Below, one piece after another: positions 9,495 to 19,262 of a stretch of 64,000 nucleotides of DNA. Position numbers and translations under genes: made by a program. Positions within the stretch are counted from its first letter, which is position 1. Every line of letters starts with the position of its first letter. The notes beneath the pieces were generated by a model, which did not search any database, was not told the origin of the DNA, and saw only the letters and a list, made by a program, of their open reading frames with translations. Origin of the DNA: Chloroflexota bacterium (GTDB taxonomy: Bacteria; Chloroflexota; UBA5177; JANWHV01); assembly GCA_036559345.1 (NCBI GenBank), contig DATBTL010000246.1, positions 2,657 through 66,656 of the forward strand, read 5' to 3'.

Positions 9495-9507
9495 TGCAAA
9501 CGTTACC
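9495..9507. promoter_or_regulatory. LacI-type operator-like motif, copy 3 (TGCAAACGTTACC)
   Basis: Matches copy 2 (TGCAATCGTTACC) at 12 of 13 positions. Lies 6 nt downstream of the -10, over the predicted transcription start. Confidence 0.45.
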
Positions 9508-9529
9508 GATTGTGCCTGGATGGAATCGC

Positions 9530-10912
9530 ATGGGTGTACACCTTATTGACTCGGCCCTGTTCGGCGACCAGTTTGGCACCGAGCCAATGCGCCGGATCTT
9601 CGCGGATACCGCGGTGGTTCGCTCCTGGGTCGCCGCGGAAGCGGCTCTGGCCCGCGCGGAGGCAACAGCTGGGCTCATCCCCAGGGAAGCGGCGGCGGCG
9701 ATTAGCACGCATGGGGCCGAGTTCACCTGGGATGCCGCCGAACTGGCGACCGGCATAGCCGAAACCTTTCACCCCCTTGTTCCCGCGATCCGCCTGCTAG
9801 CCGCGCAATGCGGCGCCGCCGGGGCGTACGTCCACTGGGGCGCTACGACCCAGGACATCATGGATACGGGAATCGTGCTGCAACTTCGTGATGCTTGCGC
9901 GCTCTTGCGCGGCGACATGCTGGCGCTACGCGACGCTTGGGCCGGCCTCGCGGCCCACTACCGCGATACGCCGATGCCTGGCCGCACCCACGGCCAGCAC
10001 GCGCCCCCCGTCACCTTTGGCTATAAAGTGGCCGTGTGGGTGGCCGAGCTTGGCCGCCATCTCGACCGGCTGGATGCGTGTTTACCGCGTTTGTTGGTCG
10101 GTCAACTGGCCGGCGCATCCGGAACCCTGGCTTCCTTTGGCCCGCACGGGTTGGAGATCCAGCGGTTGATGCTGGAGGATCTCGGGCTGGGCGTGCCGCC
10201 GATTGCCTGGCACACGGCGCGGGATGGGTTCGCCGAATTCATCGGGATTCTTGGCATGGTCTGCGCGACTCTTGGCAAGGTCGCCCTGGAAGTGATTCAC
10301 TTGCAGGCCACCGAGGTGGGCGAGTTGGAGGAACCGTTCGCCATGGGGAAGGTGGGGAGTTCCACCATGCCCCATAAGCGCAACCCCATGATCTGCGAAC
10401 TGATCGTGGCGCTCGCCAAGATTGTGCGGCAGGACGCATCGCTGGCCCTGGATACGATGGTGCAGGAGCATGAGCGCGACATGGGCGCCTGGCAAGCGGA
10501 ATGGGAATTTATTCCACGCGCCTGTTTGTTCACGGCGAGCGCGCTCGCCTATTCGGTACGGGTTGCCCAGGGTCTCAAGGTCAACACCGCGAAAATGCGC
10601 GAAAATATTGACATCACCGGAGGATTGGCCCTGTCCGAGGTGATCATGCTGGAGCTGGGCCGATTCATCGGCCGCCAGGAGGCGCACGAGGTGGTGTATA
10701 CCGTGTGCATGGGAGTGGTCGAGCGCGGCGGCTCGTTCCGCGAGGCCCTGCTGGCGGAGCCGGCGGTCAGCGCGCACCTCAGCCCCGATCAGATCGACGA
10801 ACTCTTGCGCCCTGAACGCTATCTCGGGGCGGCGCCGGTTGGGGTCGACCGGGTACTGGCCGCCATCGATCGCGGCGCCGCCGTGGTTCCCGAGCCATTG
10901 GCGCGCCTATGA
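9530..10912 (+). CDS. Class I lyase family protein (3-carboxy-cis,cis-muconate cycloisomerase / adenylosuccinate lyase-like)
   Basis: ORF 9461..10912 trimmed to ATG 9530. HWGATTQDIMDT and the signature GSSTMPHKRNP. Confidence 0.85.
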   Translation: MGVHLIDSALFGDQFGTEPMRRIFADTAVVRSWVAAEAALARAEATAGLIPREAAAAISTHGAEFTWDAAELATGIAETFHPLVPAIRLLAAQCGAAGAYVHWGATTQDIMDTGIVLQLRDACALLRGDMLALRDAWAGLAAHYRDTPMPGRTHGQHAPPVTFGYKVAVWVAELGRHLDRLDACLPRLLVGQLAGASGTLASFGPHGLEIQRLMLEDLGLGVPPIAWHTARDGFAEFIGILGMVCATLGKVALEVIHLQATEVGELEEPFAMGKVGSSTMPHKRNPMICELIVALAKIVRQDASLALDTMVQEHERDMGAWQAEWEFIPRACLFTASALAYSVRVAQGLKVNTAKMRENIDITGGLALSEVIMLELGRFIGRQEAHEVVYTVCMGVVERGGSFREALLAEPAVSAHLSPDQIDELLRPERYLGAAPVGVDRVLAAIDRGAAVVPEPLARL

Positions 10913-11880
10913 GCGCGCGATGGTCAGGTGAGCGTCTCCTGGGACTCTATCGCGGGATGTATCTGATCCGGCGCTTCGAGGAGCGATGCCTGGAGCTCAG
11001 CCGGAAGGGGCTGATTCCTGGTTCGGTTCACCTCTGCGTCGGCCAGGAGGCCGTGGCCGTGGGGGCGGCGGACGCCCTGCGGCCCGACGACCTGACGGTG
11101 ACCACCTACCGCGGCCATGGCCACGAATTGGCCCGCGGCATCGATCTCAGGGCCGCGATGGCCGAATTGCTGGGCCGGCGGACGGGCCTCTGCAAGGGGA
11201 GGGGAGGCTCGATGCACCTGACCGATATCAGCCATGGCGTCCTGCCGCCCAACTCGATCGTCGGCGGCGGCTTGCCAATTGCCACCGGCGCCGCGCTGGC
11301 CCAGATGCATCAGGGCCGCGATCGCGTCGTCCTCTGTACCTTTGGCGAGGGTACGCTCAATCAGGGCGGCGCGCACGAGGCGCTCAATTTGGCCGCCATC
11401 TGGAATCTACCGGTCATCTTTCTGTGCGAGAACAACCAGTATTCGGAGATGACGCCGGCCTATCAGATGATTAAGGGCGACAGCTTTGCCCCGCGGGTCG
11501 CGGCGTACGGGATGCCTACGCACACGGTGGACGGCATGGATGCACAGGCCGTCGCGGAAGCCGTGGCCCCGGCAGTAGCGCGGGCGCGCGCGGGCGCCGG
11601 ACCGTCGTACGTGGAGGCGGACACCTACCGCTTCCTCGGTCACTATCAGGGCGATCCCGGCACGGGGTATCGTCCGGCCGAGGAAATCGCGCGCTGGCGG
11701 GAACGCGATCCGTTACCCAGGCTGGCCGAGTCGCTAGCCGCCCAGCCTGGATTCGCGCGGCGACTGGAGGCCGAGGAACAGGCGGTCGAGGAGGCGCTGG
11801 GCGCGGCGCAACAAGCGGCGCTTGAGGATCCGTGGCCATCCCGGGACGAGATCGAGGAGGGGCTGTATGCCGCCGGCTAG
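10909..11880 (+). CDS. Thiamine-diphosphate-dependent 2-oxoacid/acetoin dehydrogenase E1 alpha subunit
   Basis: YRGHGHELARG, GRGGSMHL and GGGLPIATGAAL motifs. ATGA overlap with the preceding gene. Confidence 0.9.
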   Translation: MSARWSGERLLGLYRGMYLIRRFEERCLELSRKGLIPGSVHLCVGQEAVAVGAADALRPDDLTVTTYRGHGHELARGIDLRAAMAELLGRRTGLCKGRGGSMHLTDISHGVLPPNSIVGGGLPIATGAALAQMHQGRDRVVLCTFGEGTLNQGGAHEALNLAAIWNLPVIFLCENNQYSEMTPAYQMIKGDSFAPRVAAYGMPTHTVDGMDAQAVAEAVAPAVARARAGAGPSYVEADTYRFLGHYQGDPGTGYRPAEEIARWRERDPLPRLAESLAAQPGFARRLEAEEQAVEEALGAAQQAALEDPWPSRDEIEEGLYAAG

Positions 11881-12880
11881 CGTCTCGAACCCGGTTGATG
11901 CCGCGACCCGTGTGCTAACCTATGCCCAGGCGCTCAATCTGGCGCTGGCGGAGGAATTGGAGCGTGACCCGTCGGTCATCCTGCTGGGCGAGGATATTGG
12001 CGCCTACGGGGGAGTGTTCGGGGTGACGCGCGACCTACAATCGCGTTTCGGCGCCGGACGGGTGCGGGATACGCCAATCTCGGAGACCGGCTTTCTCGGA
12101 TGCGCGGTGGGCGCCGCGATATGCGGACTCCGGCCGGTCGCGGAAATCATGTTCGTCGATTTTACCCTGGTCGCCCTGGATCAAATCGTCAACCAGGCGG
12201 CGAAATTGCCGTTCCTCACCGGAGGGCAAGTGCAAATGCCGCTGGTGTTCCGCACCCAACAGGGCGCGCGCCCCGGCACCGCCGCGCAGCACTCACAGTG
12301 CCTGGAGGCGATATTCGCCCATGTGCCGGGTCTGAGGGTGGTGGCGCCGGCCACGCCGGCGGACGCGCGCGGATTGTTAAAGTCAGCCATTCGCTCCGAT
12401 GATCCGGTCCTCTTTTTGGAGCACAAGGGCCTCTATGCCACCAGTGGTCCGATCCCGATCGAGGAGCAGCTCGTACCGCTTGGCAAGGCTAACGTCGTCC
12501 GCGCGGGCAGCCAGGTCACCGCCCTGACCTATTCCGCGATGCTGCCGGTCGTGCTGGCCGCCGCCGACGCCCTGGCGGCGGAGGGAGTCTCGGTGGAGGT
12601 GATCGACCTGCGAACCCTGGCGCCCCTGGACCAGGAGACCATCGTGGCCTCGGTCAAACAGACCAATCGGGTCGTGGTGATCCACGAGGGTTGGCGGCGC
12701 GGTGGGTATGGGGCCGAGGTCGCCGGCACGATTCAGGATCTTGCCTTCGACTGGCTCGACGCACCCATAGGGCGAGTCGGGGCGCGTGATATTCCCAAAC
12801 CGTTCTCGGCGGCCTTTGATTCGACCTATCTCCCTACGGCGGAAACGGTCGCCGCCGCCTTGCGCGCCACCCTCGACTGA
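11867..12880 (+). CDS. 2-oxoacid/acetoin dehydrogenase E1 beta subunit
   Basis: ORF trimmed to ATG 11867, overlapping the alpha stop. LGEDIGAYGGVFGVT..RVRDTPISE and a transketolase-like C-terminus. Confidence 0.9.
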   Translation: MPPASVSNPVDAATRVLTYAQALNLALAEELERDPSVILLGEDIGAYGGVFGVTRDLQSRFGAGRVRDTPISETGFLGCAVGAAICGLRPVAEIMFVDFTLVALDQIVNQAAKLPFLTGGQVQMPLVFRTQQGARPGTAAQHSQCLEAIFAHVPGLRVVAPATPADARGLLKSAIRSDDPVLFLEHKGLYATSGPIPIEEQLVPLGKANVVRAGSQVTALTYSAMLPVVLAAADALAAEGVSVEVIDLRTLAPLDQETIVASVKQTNRVVVIHEGWRRGGYGAEVAGTIQDLAFDWLDAPIGRVGARDIPKPFSAAFDSTYLPTAETVAAALRATLD

Positions 12881-12893
12881 AAGGCGAGAACAG

Positions 12894-13997
12894 ATGATCG
12901 AAGAGTGGCGGCTGGACGTAACCTTGCCGATGCCCGAACGCCGGGATTATCCGATCGCGATCGTTGGGGCCGGTGGCATCGTCCAGGACGCGCATCTGCC
13001 GGCCTACCGGAATGCCGGTTTCACGGTCGTGGGGATCTACGATATTGACCAGGAGCGGGCCGCGCGCGTGGCGGCACGATTCGACATTCCCACGGTGTAC
13101 GAGTCACTTGACGCCGTACTCGATGGCCCAGCCGCGATCATCGACGTGGCGGTTCCCGCGCGCGAGAATCCGGCCATTGCCGCCCGTGTGGCGCGGGCCG
13201 GGAAAGCGCTGCTCTTGCAGAAGCCGATAGCCGAGGATCTGGCGGCGGCCGAGGAAATCGTGAGGGTGACCGAACAGGCCGGGATTATCGCCGCCGTGAA
13301 CCAACAAGCGCGGTGGATGCCGGCGGCGCTGGCGATGCGCGATCTGATCGGCCGGGGCCTCCTTGGCGAGATCTACCAGGTTTCTTTCTTGATCAACGTG
13401 GAGACGCCGTGGAGCCTCTGGCCGTGGATCATCGCGGGCGAGCGAGTCGAGGTTCTCTACCATTCCATCCACTACCTTGATACGATCCGGGCTCTCCTTG
13501 GCCGCGAGCCCCGGCTGGTATTCGCCGATGGCACGACAATACCCGGCTACCCGACCAGGGCGGAAACGCGCACCAACATCCAGCTCATCTTCGAGGGAAC
13601 CACTCGCGCCACCGTCCTCGACACCCATCATAACTCCGGTGGCCTTGATGACCAGTTCGCGCTGCTCCGGGTGGAAGGCACGGAGGGCGCGGCGGTGGCC
13701 GAGCTTGGCCTGCTCAAGAATTATCCTACCGGGGTGCCCGATTCGTTCCGGTACCATAGCCGGAAGCTCCAGCCAGGCACCTGGATCGCGCCAAAGCTGA
13801 CCGGCACCTGGTTCCCGGATGCCTTCATCGGGACGATGGCCAGCGTGATGCGTGGACTGGAGGGAGCGCCGGGCGCCCCCGAGACCTCCGTGCGCGACAA
13901 CCTTGGCACCCTGCGGGTGGTGCTGGCCGCCTATCAGTCGATGGCGACCGCGCGGGCGGTCGATCCCGCCGCGTTGGCGCGGGAAACATTCTCATGA
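12894..13997 (+). CDS. Gfo/Idh/MocA family oxidoreductase
   Basis: Trimmed to ATG 12894. Rossmann start IAIVGAGGIVQDAHLPAY. Confidence 0.85.
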   Translation: MIEEWRLDVTLPMPERRDYPIAIVGAGGIVQDAHLPAYRNAGFTVVGIYDIDQERAARVAARFDIPTVYESLDAVLDGPAAIIDVAVPARENPAIAARVARAGKALLLQKPIAEDLAAAEEIVRVTEQAGIIAAVNQQARWMPAALAMRDLIGRGLLGEIYQVSFLINVETPWSLWPWIIAGERVEVLYHSIHYLDTIRALLGREPRLVFADGTTIPGYPTRAETRTNIQLIFEGTTRATVLDTHHNSGGLDDQFALLRVEGTEGAAVAELGLLKNYPTGVPDSFRYHSRKLQPGTWIAPKLTGTWFPDAFIGTMASVMRGLEGAPGAPETSVRDNLGTLRVVLAAYQSMATARAVDPAALARETFS

Positions 13998-14050
13998 TCC
14001 GGCACGATCAACGACGGGCCGGGGGAGCGCACGGACACGGGAGATCCTAG

Positions 14051-14791
14051 ATGCCGGAACAAGGCGTGGTTCTCGTGACGGGGGCGGCCCAGGGGATGGG
14101 CCTAGCCATCGCCCGTGGATTGGCGGCGGCCGGCTATCGCGTAGCCATGGTCGATCGACAAGAGACAATCCTGCGGGAAGCAGCGGCGGGGCTGGACCGC
14201 GCCGTGCCGTTCGTCCTTGATCTGCGGGATGCCGCCGCGCTGGCCCCGCTGGTCGAGCGCGTGGAGCAGGAATGCGGGCCGCTGGTCGGTCTGGTCAACA
14301 ACGCGGGCATCGTCAAGACGCAACTCCTGGAGGAAGTGACGCTGGAAGATTGGGAGACTATGTTTGCCGTCGATGCTCGCGCACCCTTCTTCTTGATGCA
14401 GGCGGCGGGGGCGCGGATGGCCGGGCGCGGGGCGGGCGCGATGGTCAATATCGCCAGCGTGGCGGGACGTTCGGCCCGACCGCGGCAAACCATGTATGGG
14501 GCCGGCAAGGCTGCCCTCCTGCATCTGACCAAATCCGCCGCGGCATATTTTGGGCCGCGCGGGGTGCGCGTCAACGCGGTGTGCCCGGGAGTGATCCGCA
14601 CCGAGATGACCGAGCAAGTCTGGCGGGATCGCGCACCGGAGGAGGTCGAACACATTTTGCGGAGTATTCCTTTGCAGCGGGTTGGCGAACCCGACGAGGT
14701 GGCCGCCGCGGTTATCTGGCTGTTGGGGCCGGGTGCGAGCTATGTGAATGGGCAGGCGATCAACGTCTGCGGCGGACTGGAAATGGATTAG
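14051..14791 (+). CDS. SDR family oxidoreductase
   Basis: VLVTGAAQGMG, NNAG and YGAGKAA (YxxxK) motifs. Confidence 0.9.
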   Translation: MPEQGVVLVTGAAQGMGLAIARGLAAAGYRVAMVDRQETILREAAAGLDRAVPFVLDLRDAAALAPLVERVEQECGPLVGLVNNAGIVKTQLLEEVTLEDWETMFAVDARAPFFLMQAAGARMAGRGAGAMVNIASVAGRSARPRQTMYGAGKAALLHLTKSAAAYFGPRGVRVNAVCPGVIRTEMTEQVWRDRAPEEVEHILRSIPLQRVGEPDEVAAAVIWLLGPGASYVNGQAINVCGGLEMD

Positions 14792-14839
14792 CCCTATTCA
14801 GCATCCAAGCGGGATCGGATCCGGAAAGGGGAGGCTGGG

Positions 14840-15316
14840 ATGCTGCATGGCATCTGGCACTTTAGCTTCACTGTCGCGAACATCGAGCGCTCGATCGTTT
14901 TTTATCGGGATCTCCTGGGCCTAACTCTCGTGCATACCCAGGAGCAACGGAATGCTTACACCAGCAGGCTCGTCGGTTATCCCGATGCGCACCTCAAGGT
15001 GGCGCAATTCGCGGTCCCCGGTCAGTCGCGGGCGCTCTCAACCCACGACCTTGAACTGGTGGAGTACGTTAACCCCCGCGGAGCGCGGGGGGACAGCAAC
15101 ATCTGCAATCCGGGCGCGGCGCATCTGGCGCTGTGCGTTGATGATATTCAGGCCCGGTACGAACGGCTGAGCGCCGCCGGGGTCGGCTTCCATTCATCGC
15201 CCAATGCCATTACCTCGGGGGTCAATGCCGGCGGCTTCACCTGCTACTTCCGCGATCCGGACCAAATTGTGCTGGAACTGGTCCAACCACCAAGAGGCCG
15301 GCCAGCACCCGGCTAG
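14840..15316 (+). CDS. VOC (glyoxalase/bleomycin-resistance/dioxygenase) family protein
   Basis: HFSFTVANIERSIVFYRDLLGL start and about 158 aa with two beta-alpha-beta-beta-beta modules. Confidence 0.85.
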   Translation: MLHGIWHFSFTVANIERSIVFYRDLLGLTLVHTQEQRNAYTSRLVGYPDAHLKVAQFAVPGQSRALSTHDLELVEYVNPRGARGDSNICNPGAAHLALCVDDIQARYERLSAAGVGFHSSPNAITSGVNAGGFTCYFRDPDQIVLELVQPPRGRPAPG

Positions 15317-15377
15317 CCGGTGGAGTACGCCCGGAACAAAAGTGAACGAGTGCGGGAAACGAAAAGGGGATCGATCC

Positions 15378-16346
15378 ATGCAGGCTCTGAGCGCGGCGCA
15401 ACTGGAACAATTCACGGAGGATGGCTATCTGGTGGTCAGCGATGTCCTTGATCCGATCGCGGATTTGGGGCCGCTTCAGGACGAATACGCGCGTGTGCTC
15501 GACTCAATCGCCCGGTTATTCGTCGAGCAAGGTGCGTTGACCGCCTTGTACGATGACCTTCCCTTCCGGGAACGCCTGATTCGGGTGTGCCGGGAAAGTG
15601 GGAAGAGCGTCTCGCAATTCTTCGACTTTAGCCTGCCCCAGACAGGGGTACGCGCCGACACCCCCATGCATGTTGGCCCCGCCGTGTTCGGCTTGCTGAC
15701 CAACCCGAAGCTGCTCGATGTCGTGGCCTCCGTGATCGGCCCGGAGATTTACTCGAACCCGGTGCAGCACGTCCGCATGAAACTGCCTCCCGGCGTCCTG
15801 CCGGCCGCCGGCGCGGATGGCCTGAACGCGACCATTCCCTGGCATCAGGATAACGGCGTGGTCTTGCCCGAGGCCGACGAGGCGACCATCCTCACGGTCT
15901 GGTTGCCCTTAAACGAGGCGACGATCGCGAACGGCTGCTTACAGGTGATTCCCCGCAGCCATCGGGGCGAACTGGAGCCGCACTGCCCTACCGCCAAGGG
16001 CGCGGCCATTCCCGATGTCGTGGTGGCGGACCGGCGGGCGATTCCGGTCCCCATGCGGCCGGGGAGCGTCCTGCTTATGCATCAACGCACCATTCACAGC
16101 TCCCTGGATAATACGACGCCGGATCAGGTGCGGATCAGTCTGGATCTCCGCTATCAGCCGATTGGCCAACCTACAGGGCGGCCAGCGTTTCCCGGCTTTG
16201 TCGCGCGGAGCGCCGCGGGACCGGAGACCGTGCTGCGCGATCCCGAGGGGTGGGCGAATCTCTGGCGGGAGGCGCGGGCCCATCTGGCCGCCGAGGCCAA
16301 CCCCGCCTTCAACCGCTGGAAAGCGGGAGTCGGGGTGTGCGCCTGA
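15378..16346 (+). CDS. Phytanoyl-CoA dioxygenase (PhyH) family Fe(II)/2-oxoglutarate oxygenase
   Basis: Trimmed to ATG 15378 (GAAAAGGGGA RBS). FTEDGYLVV start, WHQD (HxD) and distal HQRTIHSS. Confidence 0.85.
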   Translation: MQALSAAQLEQFTEDGYLVVSDVLDPIADLGPLQDEYARVLDSIARLFVEQGALTALYDDLPFRERLIRVCRESGKSVSQFFDFSLPQTGVRADTPMHVGPAVFGLLTNPKLLDVVASVIGPEIYSNPVQHVRMKLPPGVLPAAGADGLNATIPWHQDNGVVLPEADEATILTVWLPLNEATIANGCLQVIPRSHRGELEPHCPTAKGAAIPDVVVADRRAIPVPMRPGSVLLMHQRTIHSSLDNTTPDQVRISLDLRYQPIGQPTGRPAFPGFVARSAAGPETVLRDPEGWANLWREARAHLAAEANPAFNRWKAGVGVCA

Positions 16347-16430
16347 GCGCCGCTTCCCAAGCGAATCTTGTCCTGGGTTCGCCCGCGCGGCAAGCCGCGA
16401 GATAGATCAGTGCTTTGGTAAGGGGAAATC

Positions 16431-17513
16431 ATGCGAATTGTCGATGTGCAAGTCAACCTCTTCGAGATCCCGGCCGGTCCATCGTTCCGCTGGCGGGACG
16501 GTTTACCCGGCGCGGAGCCAGATGTTACCGGCGCGGTATTGCGCGTGATCACCGACGACGGCCGGGAGGGCCTGGCCTTCACTAACCGTGGGATCATCCT
16601 GCGGGACCTGGTGGCGCGGCGCTTGCGCGCCGAGCTAATCGGGCAGGATCCGCTCCAGAAGGAGTGGCTCTGGCATCGGGTGTGGGAGCTTGACCGGATT
16701 GAAGAGTTCCCGCTCTACGTACTCGGCCTGGTGGATGTGGCGCTCTGGGATCTGACCGGCAAGGTCGCCGGCTTGCCGGTCTATCAGCTTTTAGGCGGAT
16801 TTCGCGCCAGTATTCCGGCCTATGCCAGCACGGTGACCTTCGCCACGACCGAGGAATTTCTCGACGTGGCGGACCAATGCCTGGCCCTGGGCTATCCCGC
16901 GATCAAGTTGCATGCCTGGGGGGACGCGCGGCGTGATGCCAAGCTGTGCCTGGCGCTCCGCGAACATGTGGGCGACGAAGTGCCGCTCATGTACGATGGC
17001 TCGGCGGGCTTCGATCTGCCCGACTCCATCTACCTGGGCCATGCGCTGTCCGACGCCGGGTACCTGTGGTACGAGGAACCGATGCGCGAGTTTAGCATCA
17101 CCGCCTACAAGTGGCTGGCCGCCGCCGTGCGCGTGCCGCTCCTGGTGGCGGAGACCTCGGACGGGGCGCACATGAATACGGCGGACTTCATCGCCTCCGG
17201 ATGCGCCGCGTTCGTGCGAACCAGCAGCGGGCTCAAGGGCGGTCTTACCGGCGCCATGCGGATCGCCCATCTGGCGGACTCCTTCAGGCTGCGCGCCGAG
17301 GTACATGGCGACGGCCTGGTCAATCGCCATCTCTGCATGGCCATCTCCAACACGACCTATTACGAGTCGCTGGTCCGCACGAACCCAGTGGCGCGCGCGC
17401 CCGAAATAGACGCCCAGGGCTTGGTCCACGCCCCCACGGCGCCCGGGATCGGCTGGGAAGCGACCTGGGATCGCCCGCCCTGGGAAGTCGGCGGAGCGCG
17501 GGGCCTGGAATGA
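16431..17513 (+). CDS. Enolase-superfamily (MR/MLE) enzyme
   Basis: VDVALWDLTGK, YDGSAG, WYEEP and VAETS metal-ligand pattern. Confidence 0.85.
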   Translation: MRIVDVQVNLFEIPAGPSFRWRDGLPGAEPDVTGAVLRVITDDGREGLAFTNRGIILRDLVARRLRAELIGQDPLQKEWLWHRVWELDRIEEFPLYVLGLVDVALWDLTGKVAGLPVYQLLGGFRASIPAYASTVTFATTEEFLDVADQCLALGYPAIKLHAWGDARRDAKLCLALREHVGDEVPLMYDGSAGFDLPDSIYLGHALSDAGYLWYEEPMREFSITAYKWLAAAVRVPLLVAETSDGAHMNTADFIASGCAAFVRTSSGLKGGLTGAMRIAHLADSFRLRAEVHGDGLVNRHLCMAISNTTYYESLVRTNPVARAPEIDAQGLVHAPTAPGIGWEATWDRPPWEVGGARGLE

Positions 17514-18292
17514 GCGTACCCGCGCCCATTACCCCCGATAACATCGCGGCTGACCCGCTGGTGGCCATGGTCACCGGGGCGGCGCGCGGCATGGGCGCGG
17601 CCATCGCCCGCCGGCTGGCGGCGGACGGTCTGGCAGTCGTTCTTGCCGATCGCCGCCGCGAGGCCATCGACGCGCTGGCCGTCGATATCGCGCGGGCAGG
17701 TGGCCGCGCCGCCGCGCTTGAGGTCGATCTGGCCGATGCCGGCCAGATTGAACGGCTCGAAGCCGCGGCGCGCGCCACGTTCGGGCGATTGGATGTGCTG
17801 GTGAACAATGCCGGGGTGATCCTGCCAAAGGGCTTCATGGAGGCATCGGTTGAGGAATGGGATCGCATGATGGCGGTCAATCTTCGGGCCGTGTACCTGC
17901 TCTGCCGGGCCGCGTTACCGGAGCTACGACGGCGGCGGGGCACGATCGTCAACATAGCCTCCACGGCGGGCCTACGCGCGCAGATGGAAAACGGACCCTA
18001 CTGCGTCGCCAAAAGCGGGGTGATTATGTTGACCCAGGCCCTGGCCCAGGAGGTGCGCGCCGCTGGGGTGCGGGTCAATTGTGTATGTCCGGGCGCCGTG
18101 GACACGCCGCTGCTAACGGAGTACGCGCGGGCGCGCGGCACACCGGAGAGCATTGACGCGCTGGCGGCCTCCGGAATGCTGGTCCCGCCCGAGGATGCCG
18201 CGGCGACGGTGTCGTTCCTGGTCAGCCAAGGGGCACGATCGATAACCGGGCAGGTACTGGTCGTGGACCGAGGTGGGTTGGTCGCGGGATAG
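17510..18292 (+). CDS. SDR family oxidoreductase
   Basis: ORF 17111..18292 trimmed to ATG 17510 (ATGA overlap). VTGAARGMG, NNAG, YCVAKSG. Confidence 0.9.
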   Translation: MSVPAPITPDNIAADPLVAMVTGAARGMGAAIARRLAADGLAVVLADRRREAIDALAVDIARAGGRAAALEVDLADAGQIERLEAAARATFGRLDVLVNNAGVILPKGFMEASVEEWDRMMAVNLRAVYLLCRAALPELRRRRGTIVNIASTAGLRAQMENGPYCVAKSGVIMLTQALAQEVRAAGVRVNCVCPGAVDTPLLTEYARARGTPESIDALAASGMLVPPEDAAATVSFLVSQGARSITGQVLVVDRGGLVAG

Positions 18293-18428
18293 CTCGGCGT
18301 ACTCGGCGGGACTCATGCGCGGGCGTCCCCGCTCGGCTAGCCGTACCGCCGCGCTACGGGTTCGACACGATCATGTACGTGGCAGCAGAGAATGTTGAAA
18401 AACCGAGCGGATATCTGGATGAGCCGCA

Positions 18429-19262
18429 ATGTCGAGGGAGTCATTGGTGAAAACAGAGTCAACGAAACGGCTGGACGGTCAGGTCGCGGTGATCACCGGC
18501 GGGGGTCAGGGTATTGGGCGAGCGATGGCGCACGCCTTTGCCGAGTCAGGCGCCATCGTCGCCATCGCCGATGTGCAAGCCGAGTATGCCTCCGCCGCGG
18601 CGGAGGAAATCCGAACCGAGGGAGGTCAGGCGCTGGCCTTCCCCACCGACGTGACCTCACCCGAGAGTGTGAGCGACCTATTCGCCGCGCTACGGCAACA
18701 ATTCGCGCGGCTCGATATCCTGGTGAACAACGCCGGGATTTGTCCAGTGACCCCCTTCCCAAATTTCGCGCTTACTTCATGGCGCCAGGTCTTCGCCGTG
18801 AATGTGGAAGGGCCGGTTCTCACCATCCAGGCGGCGGCGGCGCTGATGCCGGCGCAGGCGGTGCATCCCGTGTCGGGGCGACGGGGCACGATCATCAACG
18901 TCAGTTCACCGGCGGCCGAGATTGGCCGGCCAATGTTTGCCGCGTACGGAGCGAGCAAGGCGGCCCTGAACAGCCTTTCCCGCACCAGCGCGGACGTGTT
19001 GGGCCCACGCGGCATCGCCACCACCGTCCTCTACCCCGGCAGCGTCCTCGGGCCGCTGTGGGACGACCTGTTGCCGGACCTGAGCGCGGCCGAGGGGCGC
19101 GACGCGGAGGAGATCCTTGCCGAGCGTGCCGCCGGCATGCCGAACGGTCGATTCCAGATGCCGGAGGAGACCGCTCGGATGGCGCTCTATATCGCAACCG
19201 CCTCCGGCATGGGCCTCAATGGGCGCTTGCTCTGGTCGGAAGCGCATGTGACCTCGCTATGA
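18429..19262 (+). CDS. SDR family oxidoreductase
   Basis: VITGGGQGIG, NNAG, YGASKAA. GTG 18447 is an alternative start with a GAGGGAG RBS. Confidence 0.9.
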   Translation: MSRESLVKTESTKRLDGQVAVITGGGQGIGRAMAHAFAESGAIVAIADVQAEYASAAAEEIRTEGGQALAFPTDVTSPESVSDLFAALRQQFARLDILVNNAGICPVTPFPNFALTSWRQVFAVNVEGPVLTIQAAAALMPAQAVHPVSGRRGTIINVSSPAAEIGRPMFAAYGASKAALNSLSRTSADVLGPRGIATTVLYPGSVLGPLWDDLLPDLSAAEGRDAEEILAERAAGMPNGRFQMPEETARMALYIATASGMGLNGRLLWSEAHVTSL

